Source: a virus
Taxonomy: Duplodnaviria; Caudoviricetes
Strand: one strand, 5' to 3'
Length of the DNA stretch: 64,000 bases
Virus record (IMG/VR): IMGVR_UViG_3300022746_000016
Span: 64,001 to 128,000 of that record
Under the pieces are notes generated by a model. That model did no database searches and was not told where the DNA came from. It worked only from the letters and a program-made list of their open reading frames with translations. The stretch's first letter is position 1, and the number at the start of each line of letters is the position of its first letter. Shown here one piece after another: positions 34,885 to 45,238 of this stretch. Both the position numbers and the translations under genes were made by a program.

Positions 34885-36264
34885 TTATTTCATCGAGAAC
34901 TTGATACCAGTATTGTCAGAGTCCTTGGCATTAGCACCATAAGCGAACTTAAACTCAGCATTCGAGAATAGCTTCTTATGGAACACCATCTTATCGCCGA
35001 CAAAGTTTAGATATACTTGCTCGGTCTTCATCTCTCGGCTGATATTGTTTAGGATATCTTGGTAGATCTTGTTCTTGTTCATATAGTCCACGAGGGCATA
35101 ACCCATCGGAGCAAGAATCAAAGAGTAGTACTTCTTATAGGTTGGTGTGCTGAAAACAACATTCAATGATTCTGGACTGGCATTCTTTCCTAGCTCTTCG
35201 TAGATCTTAGAGTATTCAGTATTGAACATCTTGATTCTGTTGGCTGGAGTCTTTGATGCAGAAGCGATTTTCTGAATAGAAGATGATACATCGGAGATAC
35301 TAAACGCACCTCTTGCACCCACAACTGATTTGAGTTTGTTATATGCAGGCAGCTTAAGAGTCTCGAACGCCTTCAGGATCTTGGTGGATGTATTATCATC
35401 CTTACCTGCAAGAGCCTTTAGAACATCAATAGCTTTCTTCTCTTCAGCCTTTGGTGACTTGTAAACCTTATCAATGTTATCAACAATGGCACCGATGGAT
35501 GGAGCAGCACCAGCTTCAAACTTAGCAGATACATCTGTCTTGACTTTCTTACCACCAACCAATTTATTAACGTAGAAGTCAACAAGAGCTTCGTTTGAGA
35601 TAACTGAGAAGCCAAACTGATTCCAACCTTTGCTATGGTCTTGAGTTAGATACCAACGCAGTGATAGAATCTCACCGAAGTCTTTACCGATGGCTTGTTT
35701 GTCTTGGGGTTTTATTGTTGCCATAGCCTTTTTAGCTGTAGCGTTAAATGCCACAGTATCAGTCTTGGCTTTATTGTCTGCCACTGTTTTATACAGAGAA
35801 GTCAGGGCTGTCTTAATCTCTGAACCAACTTTAAGGTTTTCGATACCAGAGTAGACTGCCTTATCGAAAGATGCCAGAGTGGTATATCCTTTTGCTCCAA
35901 CAAGATCTAACTTGTCTGGAGCTAAGTCTTTAGTCTTTAAAGAACCTTTTTCAGTATAGGTATTCAGGATGAAACAAGTAGATCCTTTTGTACAACCAGC
36001 AACAGTCGTTGATAGAGTCATCAACTTGGCTTTGTACTTACCTGAGATAGCTTTCTCATCAGTAGTAGAGATGTCTGCTAGCTTGGCAGTGATACCAGCT
36101 TTCTTCAGCATTTCTTCTAAAGATCCAGGGAACGCAACTTCCACAGACTTGATTTGAGTCTGATAACGTGATATTTTAATAGAAGCAGTCAGACCCTTCT
36201 TCTTTAGAAAGTCTGAAATGCTTTTAGCTGTTAAAGCCATCTCTCCGTATTTGTAAGCTGCCAT
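34885..36264 (-). CDS. Hypothetical protein (possible PD-(D/E)xK-like fold)
   Basis: 459-aa ORF; DFGE...LVDF...VSAK. Confidence 0.7.
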   Translation of the reverse strand: MAAYKYGEMALTAKSISDFLKKKGLTASIKISRYQTQIKSVEVAFPGSLEEMLKKAGITAKLADISTTDEKAISGKYKAKLMTLSTTVAGCTKGSTCFILNTYTEKGSLKTKDLAPDKLDLVGAKGYTTLASFDKAVYSGIENLKVGSEIKTALTSLYKTVADNKAKTDTVAFNATAKKAMATIKPQDKQAIGKDFGEILSLRWYLTQDHSKGWNQFGFSVISNEALVDFYVNKLVGGKKVKTDVSAKFEAGAAPSIGAIVDNIDKVYKSPKAEEKKAIDVLKALAGKDDNTSTKILKAFETLKLPAYNKLKSVVGARGAFSISDVSSSIQKIASASKTPANRIKMFNTEYSKIYEELGKNASPESLNVVFSTPTYKKYYSLILAPMGYALVDYMNKNKIYQDILNNISREMKTEQVYLNFVGDKMVFHKKLFSNAEFKFAYGANAKDSDNTGIKFSMK

Positions 36265-36294
36265 AGTTAGTCGATTATAGTAATAACTAACTAT

Positions 36295-36990
36295 TTAGGT
36301 CAAGCGATTATACTTCCTGTCCCACTTACCTATCTGCTGGATGATCATCTGCGGAGAATGGTTGTTGTTAAAATCGTAGTCAAATGTCTTAAGAACATAG
36401 TGTAGAGTTCTTGAGTCTATCTTTTTCTTACAACGACTTAGTAATACTTCTATTGGGACATTCGGGCGATACATTTTGAAGTCAAGATATATGCAGTGGG
36501 CATACGCTTGGATCTCATCAAACTCTGAAAGGTATCTTCTCTCTTCGTCTTTCTTTTTGTGACCAACTCGTTTGTATGGAACTACGTAGTTACTCCACTG
36601 ATCATCTCGACGATCGTATTGCATGAAGTGAATCATCTCATGCATAAGAGTTTGAATAAAACGGAATTTGAATTTATCCCATGACTCTTCTGAGAACTTG
36701 AAGTTCTTGAAATCTTGGGTTAGTATTTGTATGATGCACTGGCGATCTTCGGGAGAGTATTCTCCACCTAGTGCAAGGTAAGTGTCATAGACCTTGGCTT
36801 TTGATTTCTGAGGTTGCCACTCAATTTTAGTGCGCCACTTCTTAACGTAGTTGGAGAGACCGACAGAATCATTACGATACCTGTCTAGGTCTCTCCAAAT
36901 TTTAGATGGAATGAATTTCGCTCTAAATGGGCGTGTGCTGAAGTTTAACAACTCCAGCCAGTCGTAGTTTGCATTTTCTAGGAATTGCAT
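36295..36990 (-). CDS. HExxH metallopeptidase-like protein
   Basis: HEMIHFMQ...EIQAYA. Confidence 0.65.
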   Translation of the reverse strand: MQFLENANYDWLELLNFSTRPFRAKFIPSKIWRDLDRYRNDSVGLSNYVKKWRTKIEWQPQKSKAKVYDTYLALGGEYSPEDRQCIIQILTQDFKNFKFSEESWDKFKFRFIQTLMHEMIHFMQYDRRDDQWSNYVVPYKRVGHKKKDEERRYLSEFDEIQAYAHCIYLDFKMYRPNVPIEVLLSRCKKKIDSRTLHYVLKTFDYDFNNNHSPQMIIQQIGKWDRKYNRLT

Positions 36991-37010
36991 AGCCTCCCAG
37001 AAAGTCTTGC

Positions 37011-37616
37011 TTAACTAAATTGCTTCTCCAAATGTGCAAGGACTTTCGATTGCTCCTCTAAGTTGGTATTATTAAACTCAGTAATATAGGACATCAAGTC
37101 GAAATTAGACAGTATGTTACTATATTTAGTTTCTCTACCTCTTAGGAATTGCTCGGACTGATCGGAGCCTCGATCCTTGTAGCGCTGTTCCAACATAGCC
37201 TGTGGAGCCTTCAAATAGACCACCTGAAGTTCGGTGTTCGGTAGACCCATACAAAACTCTAGGAATGACTGATTAAATACTCGGTCACCTTCAAAAAGGA
37301 TATTACAGTTATGGGACGCGATCCATTCTTGCAGTGGAGGTTGAACTGCCATCGAAAGACGATCTGTACCAGCAAAGGTTTCACCCTCATCGTACTTACC
37401 AAGAACATACAAGTCTCGGTCAGTATTATAGCTGGCAACTACTAACTTGGCGGGAGCAGTTTCGATCCAGTTTTTATCTTCCATGTATTTACGAAACAGT
37501 GTAGTCTTACCAGTCCCTGGAACACCACCAACGGCAATAATCTTTCGAGTCTTCAGAGTGTTCTTGATCAACTCGACTTTGATCTCGTCTTGAACACCAA
37601 ATTTATCAATCATCAT
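37011..37616 (-). CDS. P-loop nucleotide kinase (DNA modification cluster)
   Basis: GGVPGTGKTT, GTDRLS and FEGDR motifs. Confidence 0.8.
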   Translation of the reverse strand: MMIDKFGVQDEIKVELIKNTLKTRKIIAVGGVPGTGKTTLFRKYMEDKNWIETAPAKLVVASYNTDRDLYVLGKYDEGETFAGTDRLSMAVQPPLQEWIASHNCNILFEGDRVFNQSFLEFCMGLPNTELQVVYLKAPQAMLEQRYKDRGSDQSEQFLRGRETKYSNILSNFDLMSYITEFNNTNLEEQSKVLAHLEKQFS

Positions 37617-38077
37617 ACGTTACCTTTTTTGACGTCTTCGATTAGGTTTACCAATTCTTCTCGGGTGAACACCCAAACGCGACCACGGAAAGAGTGAGTA
37701 GAAGTATCAGGGTCATGCTTCTTAGAGAACGATAGTTTTTTAATGAACTCACGTGCACAATTCTTTGCCATTGCTTCTTTGATTTCTTCAGCATAGTTGA
37801 CGTTGGTTTCTTTCAACTTTAAGAGTTCTTGCTCTTGAACTTTATGCTCAACAACGAATTGGTTGAACTCATATTTCTCGAGCATTTCATTTGGGTCTAC
37901 CTTGATGGTGAACCCACCTTGTCCAGCAGTAACAACATTATTGGCACTCCACGAGCTAACGCCAATAGAAGATGGAGCAGTAAGAACTGCGTTAGACATA
38001 ATGGTTTGTAATCCATTGTTAGTCATAATTTTCAAATCACCGTTATCAACAATAACATCACCAATAGCATCTGTCAT
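37613..38077 (-). CDS. Hypothetical protein
   Basis: ORF in operon. Confidence 0.65.
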   Translation of the reverse strand: MTDAIGDVIVDNGDLKIMTNNGLQTIMSNAVLTAPSSIGVSSWSANNVVTAGQGGFTIKVDPNEMLEKYEFNQFVVEHKVQEQELLKLKETNVNYAEEIKEAMAKNCAREFIKKLSFSKKHDPDTSTHSFRGRVWVFTREELVNLIEDVKKGNV

Positions 38078-39093
38078 AAAAAATTCTCCAATCCAATTGC
38101 AACACGTTCTTCATCATTAAACATCCAGTCTAGCCCATCTAGTCTACCTGTAGCTAAGAAGTCGCCAAACCTTTCCTTAATTATACCCTGTTTACGATCC
38201 AAGCGCAAATCTATTGTTTCATTGCGAGCATCCCAGAGTACATTCCATTCAATACCAGTCCATCCGTCTTTCTCTGCAACTTGAATCTCTTCAGCTTGTC
38301 GGTCAAGATAGTAGCTAAGATAACGTCCGTGTTTCTGGCGAAAGATCTTCTTGAATGAACAGAGGCAGGTTTCCATCGTAAAGTAGTCAATTTGACTCGC
38401 AAGATGTGGAAACCTATCTTTCATCTCAGCGATAATTCCACTGCTAATAGATTCAAGGTCTCGATATTCTTGTTGAGTAAGTTTTCGATCATAGTCGTCG
38501 TCTTTCCCAATGGCAAGAAGTAATCCATTACGATGAGAACGGGAACCATCATAATCGTCAAGCATGAGAGAAGTAGGCTCAATGTCAATAGCAGCAGTGT
38601 GTTTAAGATGCTGCATATAGAACCAAGTAGAATAACGCCCAAACTTGTGAAGGTTTGTCTTAAGTACTCCCCAAAGTACATCAAAGTTTTGCTTAGAGCT
38701 ACCCACATAGAACGATTCGAGTTTTTCACGTTGTGATCCATTTCCAATAAATTTCTGATATGATTCGAACATCACAGGTAGATGTCCCTTGTTCCACTTA
38801 GTGTCTGTCTGATAACGGAGACGTTTGTAGTTCTTAGAATTCCAGTCAGTGATACGTCCAAGGTCAGCGAGTTCGTAGTCAGGGAATTCATTCTTCAACA
38901 CCCATGCAGTTGGGAGTTGATACGTGTTTCCATATAGCCATGCAAGCCAGATGCGTTCTTCATCGTTATGCTCATAGCGATCATTGAGATAGTTTGTAGC
39001 CCATACAGCTGGGTCACAATCATTATACTGTAATGACCAAGCATACCAACGGATGAACGCTTCACGTCGGTTTTCTTTTAAGCGATAATCCAT
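38074..39093 (-). CDS. Amino acid:DNA transferase / aGPT-pyrophosphorylase-like
   Basis: DCDP, FGRYSTWFY (HhH-like) and METCLCSFKK motifs. Confidence 0.7.
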   Translation of the reverse strand: MDYRLKENRREAFIRWYAWSLQYNDCDPAVWATNYLNDRYEHNDEERIWLAWLYGNTYQLPTAWVLKNEFPDYELADLGRITDWNSKNYKRLRYQTDTKWNKGHLPVMFESYQKFIGNGSQREKLESFYVGSSKQNFDVLWGVLKTNLHKFGRYSTWFYMQHLKHTAAIDIEPTSLMLDDYDGSRSHRNGLLLAIGKDDDYDRKLTQQEYRDLESISSGIIAEMKDRFPHLASQIDYFTMETCLCSFKKIFRQKHGRYLSYYLDRQAEEIQVAEKDGWTGIEWNVLWDARNETIDLRLDRKQGIIKERFGDFLATGRLDGLDWMFNDEERVAIGLENFL

Positions 39094-39734
39094 TATTTCA
39101 AAAAGTCCTCAAGTGATGGTTGATCCATCAGTGCTTCTCTTAACCAAGCCTTACCGACTGTATCAATAGCAGCTTGTGTCTTAGCTTTCTTCTTTTCGCC
39201 CCAAGTGTATGACTCTAAACCTTCAGCAAGGAATTGAGCACGAGCCTTAGCTGGTGGTAATGCTTGAAGTGGGTTTACGATTGCGTTGTCTCTGTAGGCA
39301 ATTTGTTCGGCACGTGTAGCGAATAGTGGCTGGTCTGAGCGGAGTGAACCAGTCGGGTCAACTGCCCAAAACACCAAACCATTCCGATTGTGCCAGCCGA
39401 CACTTGAGGGAGTACAAGAGATTTTAAGTCGTTGGACTTTTCGTTCTTCGACTGCGTACTTGATCCACGCGTCCCAGCACTTGGACGCATAGCCTTTACC
39501 TTCTTGCCCTTCGAGCGTGACGATTTCGTAGAGGTTGGCATATCCATCCCGATTAAATGTAGCAAAGATTAGAGAGACAACTTCACCGTTGACTTCGTAA
39601 GCCATTGGCAGAGACTTATCGTAGTTATGGAAACGAGTCCACAATGAGTGTGCAGCCGATAAGAACTTGGTGTTCTTACCAGCTGGACTCGATCCGATAA
39701 GCTGTTGTACTTTGGTTGAGTTTACAAGAATCAT
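39093..39734 (-). CDS. GNAT-fold acetyltransferase
   Basis: LYEIVT..GQEGKGYA motif A. Confidence 0.7.
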   Translation of the reverse strand: MILVNSTKVQQLIGSSPAGKNTKFLSAAHSLWTRFHNYDKSLPMAYEVNGEVVSLIFATFNRDGYANLYEIVTLEGQEGKGYASKCWDAWIKYAVEERKVQRLKISCTPSSVGWHNRNGLVFWAVDPTGSLRSDQPLFATRAEQIAYRDNAIVNPLQALPPAKARAQFLAEGLESYTWGEKKKAKTQAAIDTVGKAWLREALMDQPSLEDFLK

Positions 39735-40417
39735 AATTGGTAATCTACTGCACCTTCGATGTCTACTTTCTCGAGAGTATGAGACAAGTCAGCGTCGATA
39801 GTATGGTAGATGTTCATAGACAATGGAACAGTTGTATAGTTTAGGTTGGCGCGTTTAGCAACGTTAGCCGTAGAAGTAATTATACATCCGTCATCCAAAA
39901 CTGTCAAATATAATGGTCGCTTACCATTGCGGTATGTGCGCAGTGTTCTGTCTGTGTGTAATTCACAAACAGCAAGGCTTGCATCTTTCCAGTGCTCTAG
40001 TGGGCTGTAGTCAGCGAGTGAACGGAGTAATAGTTCGGTGTCGTTCTTACCATCGCATGCGTATCCGTGCAAGACTTCCCAATCAGCAGGATCGTGCTGA
40101 GTAATAACACCATTATGGACAATTGATGTTGATTCATTTGCTATCGGTTGGTTATACAATAAATCGCTAGTACTATATCTGCAGTGACCAATAAGGTAAA
40201 GAGTACCATCGTCATCAACCATCTCCTCTAAATCATCTAGTTTTCTGAATTCATCCGCTGGGACTGGTTCTTTAAAAGTATGGATTACCCCACCTTTGAG
40301 GTAGGATAATCCAGTCGCATGCAGTCCACGAATACGAGATTCGTGGAATACATTTCTAATCATATCAAAGTGGGTTGCTGTGGGTTTTTGAATCACAGCA
40401 CCGATAACAGCACACAT
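39731..40417 (-). CDS. Class II (Ntn) glutamine amidotransferase-like
   Basis: N-terminal MC, RG.HATG, GHCRYST, NQP, HNG, DTE and RPL motifs. Confidence 0.85.
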   Translation of the reverse strand: MCAVIGAVIQKPTATHFDMIRNVFHESRIRGLHATGLSYLKGGVIHTFKEPVPADEFRKLDDLEEMVDDDGTLYLIGHCRYSTSDLLYNQPIANESTSIVHNGVITQHDPADWEVLHGYACDGKNDTELLLRSLADYSPLEHWKDASLAVCELHTDRTLRTYRNGKRPLYLTVLDDGCIITSTANVAKRANLNYTTVPLSMNIYHTIDADLSHTLEKVDIEGAVDYQL

Positions 40418-41787
40418 TAAAAGAAACTTTCTAAGTCGTTGGACTTGATAGACTGTGGATGATACTTGTGCAATTCTTCAGTACCAAGTTTACGTTCTAG
40501 GTAATCATACCACTCTTTGTCTTCCCACATACCTTGACTCACACCATTCCACAAGTGACGAGCAGAGCCATCTTCATTCTTATGACCTGGATGTTCTTTA
40601 TCAAGACGACGAGATTCAACATATTCATAACGACAATCTTCGTATGCCTTAGAACCTAACTCAAGCATCTTCTCACGGAAATAGCATACCAAAGAAATAC
40701 GCTCGGCAGATTCGTCTTCAAGAACAATCGGAGTATTTCCATGCATAACTTCGTGGTTGTTGATCAAGAGTAAGTCACCTGGACGCACGTTCACAGCAAC
40801 ACGATACTCAGGAGCGATCAAATATCCACCAGAGTATTTACCATTGTTGGAAAGAACCAACAGGTTAGATAAACCAGTCTGCAAGTCACCAGCATCGTAG
40901 TGAGCAGCAGTTCTGAATGTCTTGTTCACAGTGATTGTAGTGAATGGAGTCCCTGGAACTAAGAAGCCTTGATCAATTTTCTTGGCAGCTTCCATCTGGT
41001 TGTTGTAACGCCATGGGAGCAAGTCCTTGAAACCTTTAGCAAGAGTCTGTAGGAATGGGAATGCCATCGCAAACTTTTCTGGTTCACGTTGAGTGTAAGA
41101 TGTTGCACGACCATAAGGGATTCGTGGATAACGATCGAACCAACCAGCGATACCAGAGAACACACCATTGGCGTAAGTAGTGGAACACACATACTTCTTA
41201 ACGATTCGATCTGCTTCTGCTTTCATCTCATCATTTGAGAGTTTCTTAGTTGCATCAACCCAAGTTTCGAAGTCGAAGCCATCTTTCTTAACTGCTTGGA
41301 TACCCCAAACGTTGTTACGTGTAGATGGTTGTTCTTTCTTACCTTTGTGCGATGCACGGATCTCTTCAATTGGATCTTCACCAAACAAGTTGGCAGATGG
41401 ATTAGAGAAATAGTCGATGACATCGTACTCGTACTCAGTAACCCACTCACGATTACCTAGCTTCTCGCCACGTGGACCAGCAGCCATACCACGGTTCTGT
41501 GTCTCTACTGCAGCTTCACGCAGACCAGCATAAGCTGCGTCTTGTTGTTCTTTACTGAAGTAGTTCTTACGGAACTTAAATGCGATGCGCAGTTCGTCAG
41601 TACCCTTGTCACAAGATGAGCAGTCTCTTCCAGTACCACACTCAGCTTGAGTTGCAATGTCACAGTTAGCTGGCATATAAACGTCAGCGTCTTCATCAAC
41701 CAAAATGTCGTAATGTGATTCATCTAGGAATTGACCCTCAAGATGAGCGCAGTCATATTTTCTTTCTGCTACAATTACTTTAACCAT
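40417..41787 (-). CDS. TET/JBP-family 2OG-Fe(II) dioxygenase
   Basis: FTTITVN...AAHYDAGD...HGNT...RISLVCYFR. Confidence 0.8.
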   Translation of the reverse strand: MVKVIVAERKYDCAHLEGQFLDESHYDILVDEDADVYMPANCDIATQAECGTGRDCSSCDKGTDELRIAFKFRKNYFSKEQQDAAYAGLREAAVETQNRGMAAGPRGEKLGNREWVTEYEYDVIDYFSNPSANLFGEDPIEEIRASHKGKKEQPSTRNNVWGIQAVKKDGFDFETWVDATKKLSNDEMKAEADRIVKKYVCSTTYANGVFSGIAGWFDRYPRIPYGRATSYTQREPEKFAMAFPFLQTLAKGFKDLLPWRYNNQMEAAKKIDQGFLVPGTPFTTITVNKTFRTAAHYDAGDLQTGLSNLLVLSNNGKYSGGYLIAPEYRVAVNVRPGDLLLINNHEVMHGNTPIVLEDESAERISLVCYFREKMLELGSKAYEDCRYEYVESRRLDKEHPGHKNEDGSARHLWNGVSQGMWEDKEWYDYLERKLGTEELHKYHPQSIKSNDLESFF

Positions 41788-41798
41788 TTCTCTTCTCC

Positions 41799-43196
41799 TT
41801 AAAATTTCCAACCGTCAAAACTCTCAGCCTTAGCACGTTGACCAAAATCACTCTTATCAAACATCGGAACATCATCCTTCTTATGACCAGCGTCCATCAA
41901 ACCTTCTTGTGCGGATGCTTCCACATCGTAAAGTTTCATCTTAGCTCGATCAACTCCGATAACAAATCGTTTGTAAAAACCTGGATCGTTGTAACGATTC
42001 TTGAGTTGTTTAACGATAATCTGATTCAACTGCTCTAATTCTTCATTACTTACCAACGCAAACATAAAGTCAGCAGTGGCAGGTAGACCGAAAGATTCTG
42101 AGGTATCTTCCAGCCCTGGATCGCTGTTTGTATAACCTGAACGAGTAGTCTGAGTAGCCGATACGATCGGTACGTTATACTCAACTGCAAGACCACGTAA
42201 CTCTTCAGCAATTGCCTTAATATATGTATAAGAGTTAACTGAGCCACCTTGCTTCATTCGTTGAGAAGCACAGATGTTCAAATAGTCAATCATAATGATA
42301 TCGGGTTTAAACTCACGCTTCAACTTTAACTCTTCCAACAAGGCTCTGAAGTGTCCAGCATGGGCACCAGCAGTCGGGTATTCTTTGATGATCAACTTAC
42401 CTTGAGTCTTCTTGGCCAACTTAGCCAGTCGTGATTCGTAGATATCCTTGTCAATCACTTTCAATTCGTCCATGGTCAGGTTAAGAAGGTTCGCGTCAAT
42501 ACGTTCGGCGATACGTTCTTCAGCCATCTCCATTGTTATGTATAAAACATTTTTACCAGCACTTAGAGCACCAGCAGCAACGTGACACATAAACAGAGAC
42601 TTACCAACACCAGTACCAGCTAGGACGATATTGAGAGTTTTCTTGGACAGACCACCCTTGGTAATCTTGTTGAACATCTCAAGGTCGAAAGCAACCTTCT
42701 CTTCAACACGATGATAAAACTCATAGCGAGAGTCAGCGTCATCAAGATAATCGTGACCAACATGATTATCAAATGAAACGGCAAGAGCATCAGAGAGAAT
42801 AGATGGGATTGAATCAGTAGTGAACGTCTTGTCCCGACCTTCTTGGATTCGGATGGAGGTAAGGATTGCATTATACACCGCCTTGTCTTTACAAAACTTC
42901 TCTGTGTTGGTAAGCAACCAGTCTTCATTGATTGGTGCATCAACAAGCGTATCAATAAACGAACTGACTTCAACAAGTTCTTTTTCGTTGATGTCAGTTC
43001 GGTTACTTACCTCGATTGCCAGAATCTCTTTTGTTACTGGCTTGTTATACTTCGTGAAGAATTCTGAAATCTCGTTGATAATGATCGACTCTTTTCTGTC
43101 GATAAAATACTCACGCTTCAAAAACGGAATTACTTTTCGGCAGTAGTTCTCATCATAAATCAGTCTGCTCAGAATCTGTTGTTCTAATCTCATCAA
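41799..43196 (-). CDS. 41: Replicative helicase (gp41)
   Basis: AGTGVGKS, IDYLNI, SATQ and SESFGLP motifs. Confidence 0.95.
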   Translation of the reverse strand: MMRLEQQILSRLIYDENYCRKVIPFLKREYFIDRKESIIINEISEFFTKYNKPVTKEILAIEVSNRTDINEKELVEVSSFIDTLVDAPINEDWLLTNTEKFCKDKAVYNAILTSIRIQEGRDKTFTTDSIPSILSDALAVSFDNHVGHDYLDDADSRYEFYHRVEEKVAFDLEMFNKITKGGLSKKTLNIVLAGTGVGKSLFMCHVAAGALSAGKNVLYITMEMAEERIAERIDANLLNLTMDELKVIDKDIYESRLAKLAKKTQGKLIIKEYPTAGAHAGHFRALLEELKLKREFKPDIIMIDYLNICASQRMKQGGSVNSYTYIKAIAEELRGLAVEYNVPIVSATQTTRSGYTNSDPGLEDTSESFGLPATADFMFALVSNEELEQLNQIIVKQLKNRYNDPGFYKRFVIGVDRAKMKLYDVEASAQEGLMDAGHKKDDVPMFDKSDFGQRAKAESFDGWKF

Positions 43197-43485
43197 CCCC
43201 GCCTGTGTAGGAAATACTATTCTTTTGTAACTGGTCCATAATTATAAATTGGAGCAAGTCACCGAGATAGTGCTCTAGTTCTTCTTTGATATAAGTGACA
43301 CCTGCATCTTCATGCACCTCATAATCGAAATGCATTTTGCAGGTGTCACCGTCTTCATCAAAGCTAACCGCACCGTAAGAGAAGATTATACCTGAGTATT
43401 CACCTTCTGTCAACTTGATTCGGTCTTGTTCGCCACTGCGACTCTCCAAGACTACGAATGGTGGTTTAGCTAGATGGTCACTCAT
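43153..43485 (-). CDS. Hypothetical protein between uvsX and 41
   Basis: ORF in operon. Confidence 0.65.
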   Translation of the reverse strand: MSDHLAKPPFVVLESRSGEQDRIKLTEGEYSGIIFSYGAVSFDEDGDTCKMHFDYEVHEDAGVTYIKEELEHYLGDLLQFIIMDQLQKNSISYTGGVDEIRTTDSEQTDL

Positions 43486-44548
43486 CGAATTCCAATTCCT
43501 CTAAGGCTTTGTCTAGATCGTCAGATTGAATCATATCAGATTGACCCATAGAGTATTTGTTCTTGATGTAATCATAGAACGACTTCTGAGTCAACAGAGG
43601 CATCCAGAACTCTTTGGTATCTGTATCCTTGAGACGATACTTCTTGTCTTCAACAACACCAGTCTCTTGGTTTACTTGCGAATACCAACCATTGCTAGGC
43701 TTGATAACGTGTCCTGATTCGAGTGCAACATCAAGCAGACCAGACCACTTGCTAATACCGCCATCGAAAGATACACTGACAGGGATTTTAGATTTTTCTT
43801 TAACATAACGACTTTTCTCTACGTTGATAATGAAGTTGTAACCGATAACTTCAGTACCTTCTTTTTCTTGCTGACGACCAAGAATGAAGATGTTGTCGGC
43901 AGAGTAGTAAGAACCAGTACCACCACCAACGATATCCTTTGGATATAAACCAATTTCTTTGTAGGTGTGGTTCACTACAACCATCGGGATGTCTTTGATA
44001 GACAAGTGAGGTGTGACCATGCGGAATAAAGACTTCATCTGTTTAGCACGAGACATATCGGCAACAGACTTGCCATCCAAAGCATCTTCAACTTCTTTCT
44101 TAGAAGCCAAGTTACCGATTGAGTCAATAACAATCATCAGACGATCTCCACGATCTACGTTCTGAAGCTGTTGCATGATGTCGAACTTCAATTGTTCTAC
44201 GTCAGTAATAGGTGTATGGAGAACACGGTTAGTATCAATACCAAAGGAATCAAAGTAAGACTGTGGAGTACCGAATTCAGAGTCATAGAACAACAGAGCA
44301 GCGTCTGGATATTTGTCAAGGTAAGACTTGGCCATCAGCAAACTGAATGCGGTCTTAAAGTGTTTAGATGGACCAGCCCACATTGTAAGCCCTGGAGTTA
44401 GACCACCATCAAGACGACCAGATAAGGCAACGTTGATGATTGGAATAGAAGTAGGAATCATATCCTTCTTAGTGAAGAACTTAGATACGTTAAGGACTGC
44501 AGAGTCCTTAATCGTAGTGTTCTTCTTGATTTTATCAAGAATGCTCAT
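43478..44548 (-). CDS. uvsX: UvsX recombinase
   Basis: AGPSKHFKT, YDSEFG and DSIGNLAS motifs. Confidence 0.95.
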   Translation of the reverse strand: MSILDKIKKNTTIKDSAVLNVSKFFTKKDMIPTSIPIINVALSGRLDGGLTPGLTMWAGPSKHFKTAFSLLMAKSYLDKYPDAALLFYDSEFGTPQSYFDSFGIDTNRVLHTPITDVEQLKFDIMQQLQNVDRGDRLMIVIDSIGNLASKKEVEDALDGKSVADMSRAKQMKSLFRMVTPHLSIKDIPMVVVNHTYKEIGLYPKDIVGGGTGSYYSADNIFILGRQQEKEGTEVIGYNFIINVEKSRYVKEKSKIPVSVSFDGGISKWSGLLDVALESGHVIKPSNGWYSQVNQETGVVEDKKYRLKDTDTKEFWMPLLTQKSFYDYIKNKYSMGQSDMIQSDDLDKALEELEFDE

Positions 44549-44556
44549 TATTATCC

Positions 44557-44940
44557 TTACAGAGATTTATACAAGGCAGATTGTGCCACGAATTGTTGCT
44601 TCCAACCCCACTCGTCGAGAACCAACTGATTAAAGATGTGTTCTTCGACTTCGATGATTTCTTCAACCGATAACTCAAGCATACGAATCGCTCGGCTGTA
44701 GTTGTCAGCGTAATTCTGTGGGCTTTGTGGAAGATTTTTAATCTTACGAATCTGTTCTAATTCGCCAGTGTTGGCCAACTTCAGATTCGTTTTAGCAAGT
44801 TTCACAACTGCGAGTTTGTAATCTGCTACAGCTTCATCATAATCAGCCACATGCTTGGTGGCATTTTCTTTCACGATCTTGAGCAACTCAAGACGATTCA
44901 TCTTTACACTATTCATAACATTCCTTAATGGGTCACGCAT
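44557..44940 (-). CDS. Hypothetical protein
   Basis: 127-aa ORF. Confidence 0.7.
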   Translation of the reverse strand: MRDPLRNVMNSVKMNRLELLKIVKENATKHVADYDEAVADYKLAVVKLAKTNLKLANTGELEQIRKIKNLPQSPQNYADNYSRAIRMLELSVEEIIEVEEHIFNQLVLDEWGWKQQFVAQSALYKSL

Positions 44941-45189
44941 TTATTTCAACCATTCCAATAGTTGGGCTTCATTCATCAAACCTACATGGCGTTTGATTTC
45001 ATTCTCTTGGTCATCAACTAAAATCATAGTTGGTACAGAACGAACTTTGAACTCTTGAGAAAGCATAATGTTCTCGTCAATGTTCACGTCTTCGATAGGA
45101 ATTGTAATCTTATCGGCTGCGCCTTTAACAACCATACTGAGTCCTTTACATGGACCACACCATTCGGCATAAAATTTAAAAACTTTCAT
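44941..45189 (-). CDS. Thioredoxin
   Basis: WCGPC. Confidence 0.92.
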   Translation of the reverse strand: MKVFKFYAEWCGPCKGLSMVVKGAADKITIPIEDVNIDENIMLSQEFKVRSVPTMILVDDQENEIKRHVGLMNEAQLLEWLK

Positions 45190-45238
45190 AACTTATCTCC
45201 TAAAAATATATTATACACTATCACCGTATGCAAGGCAA

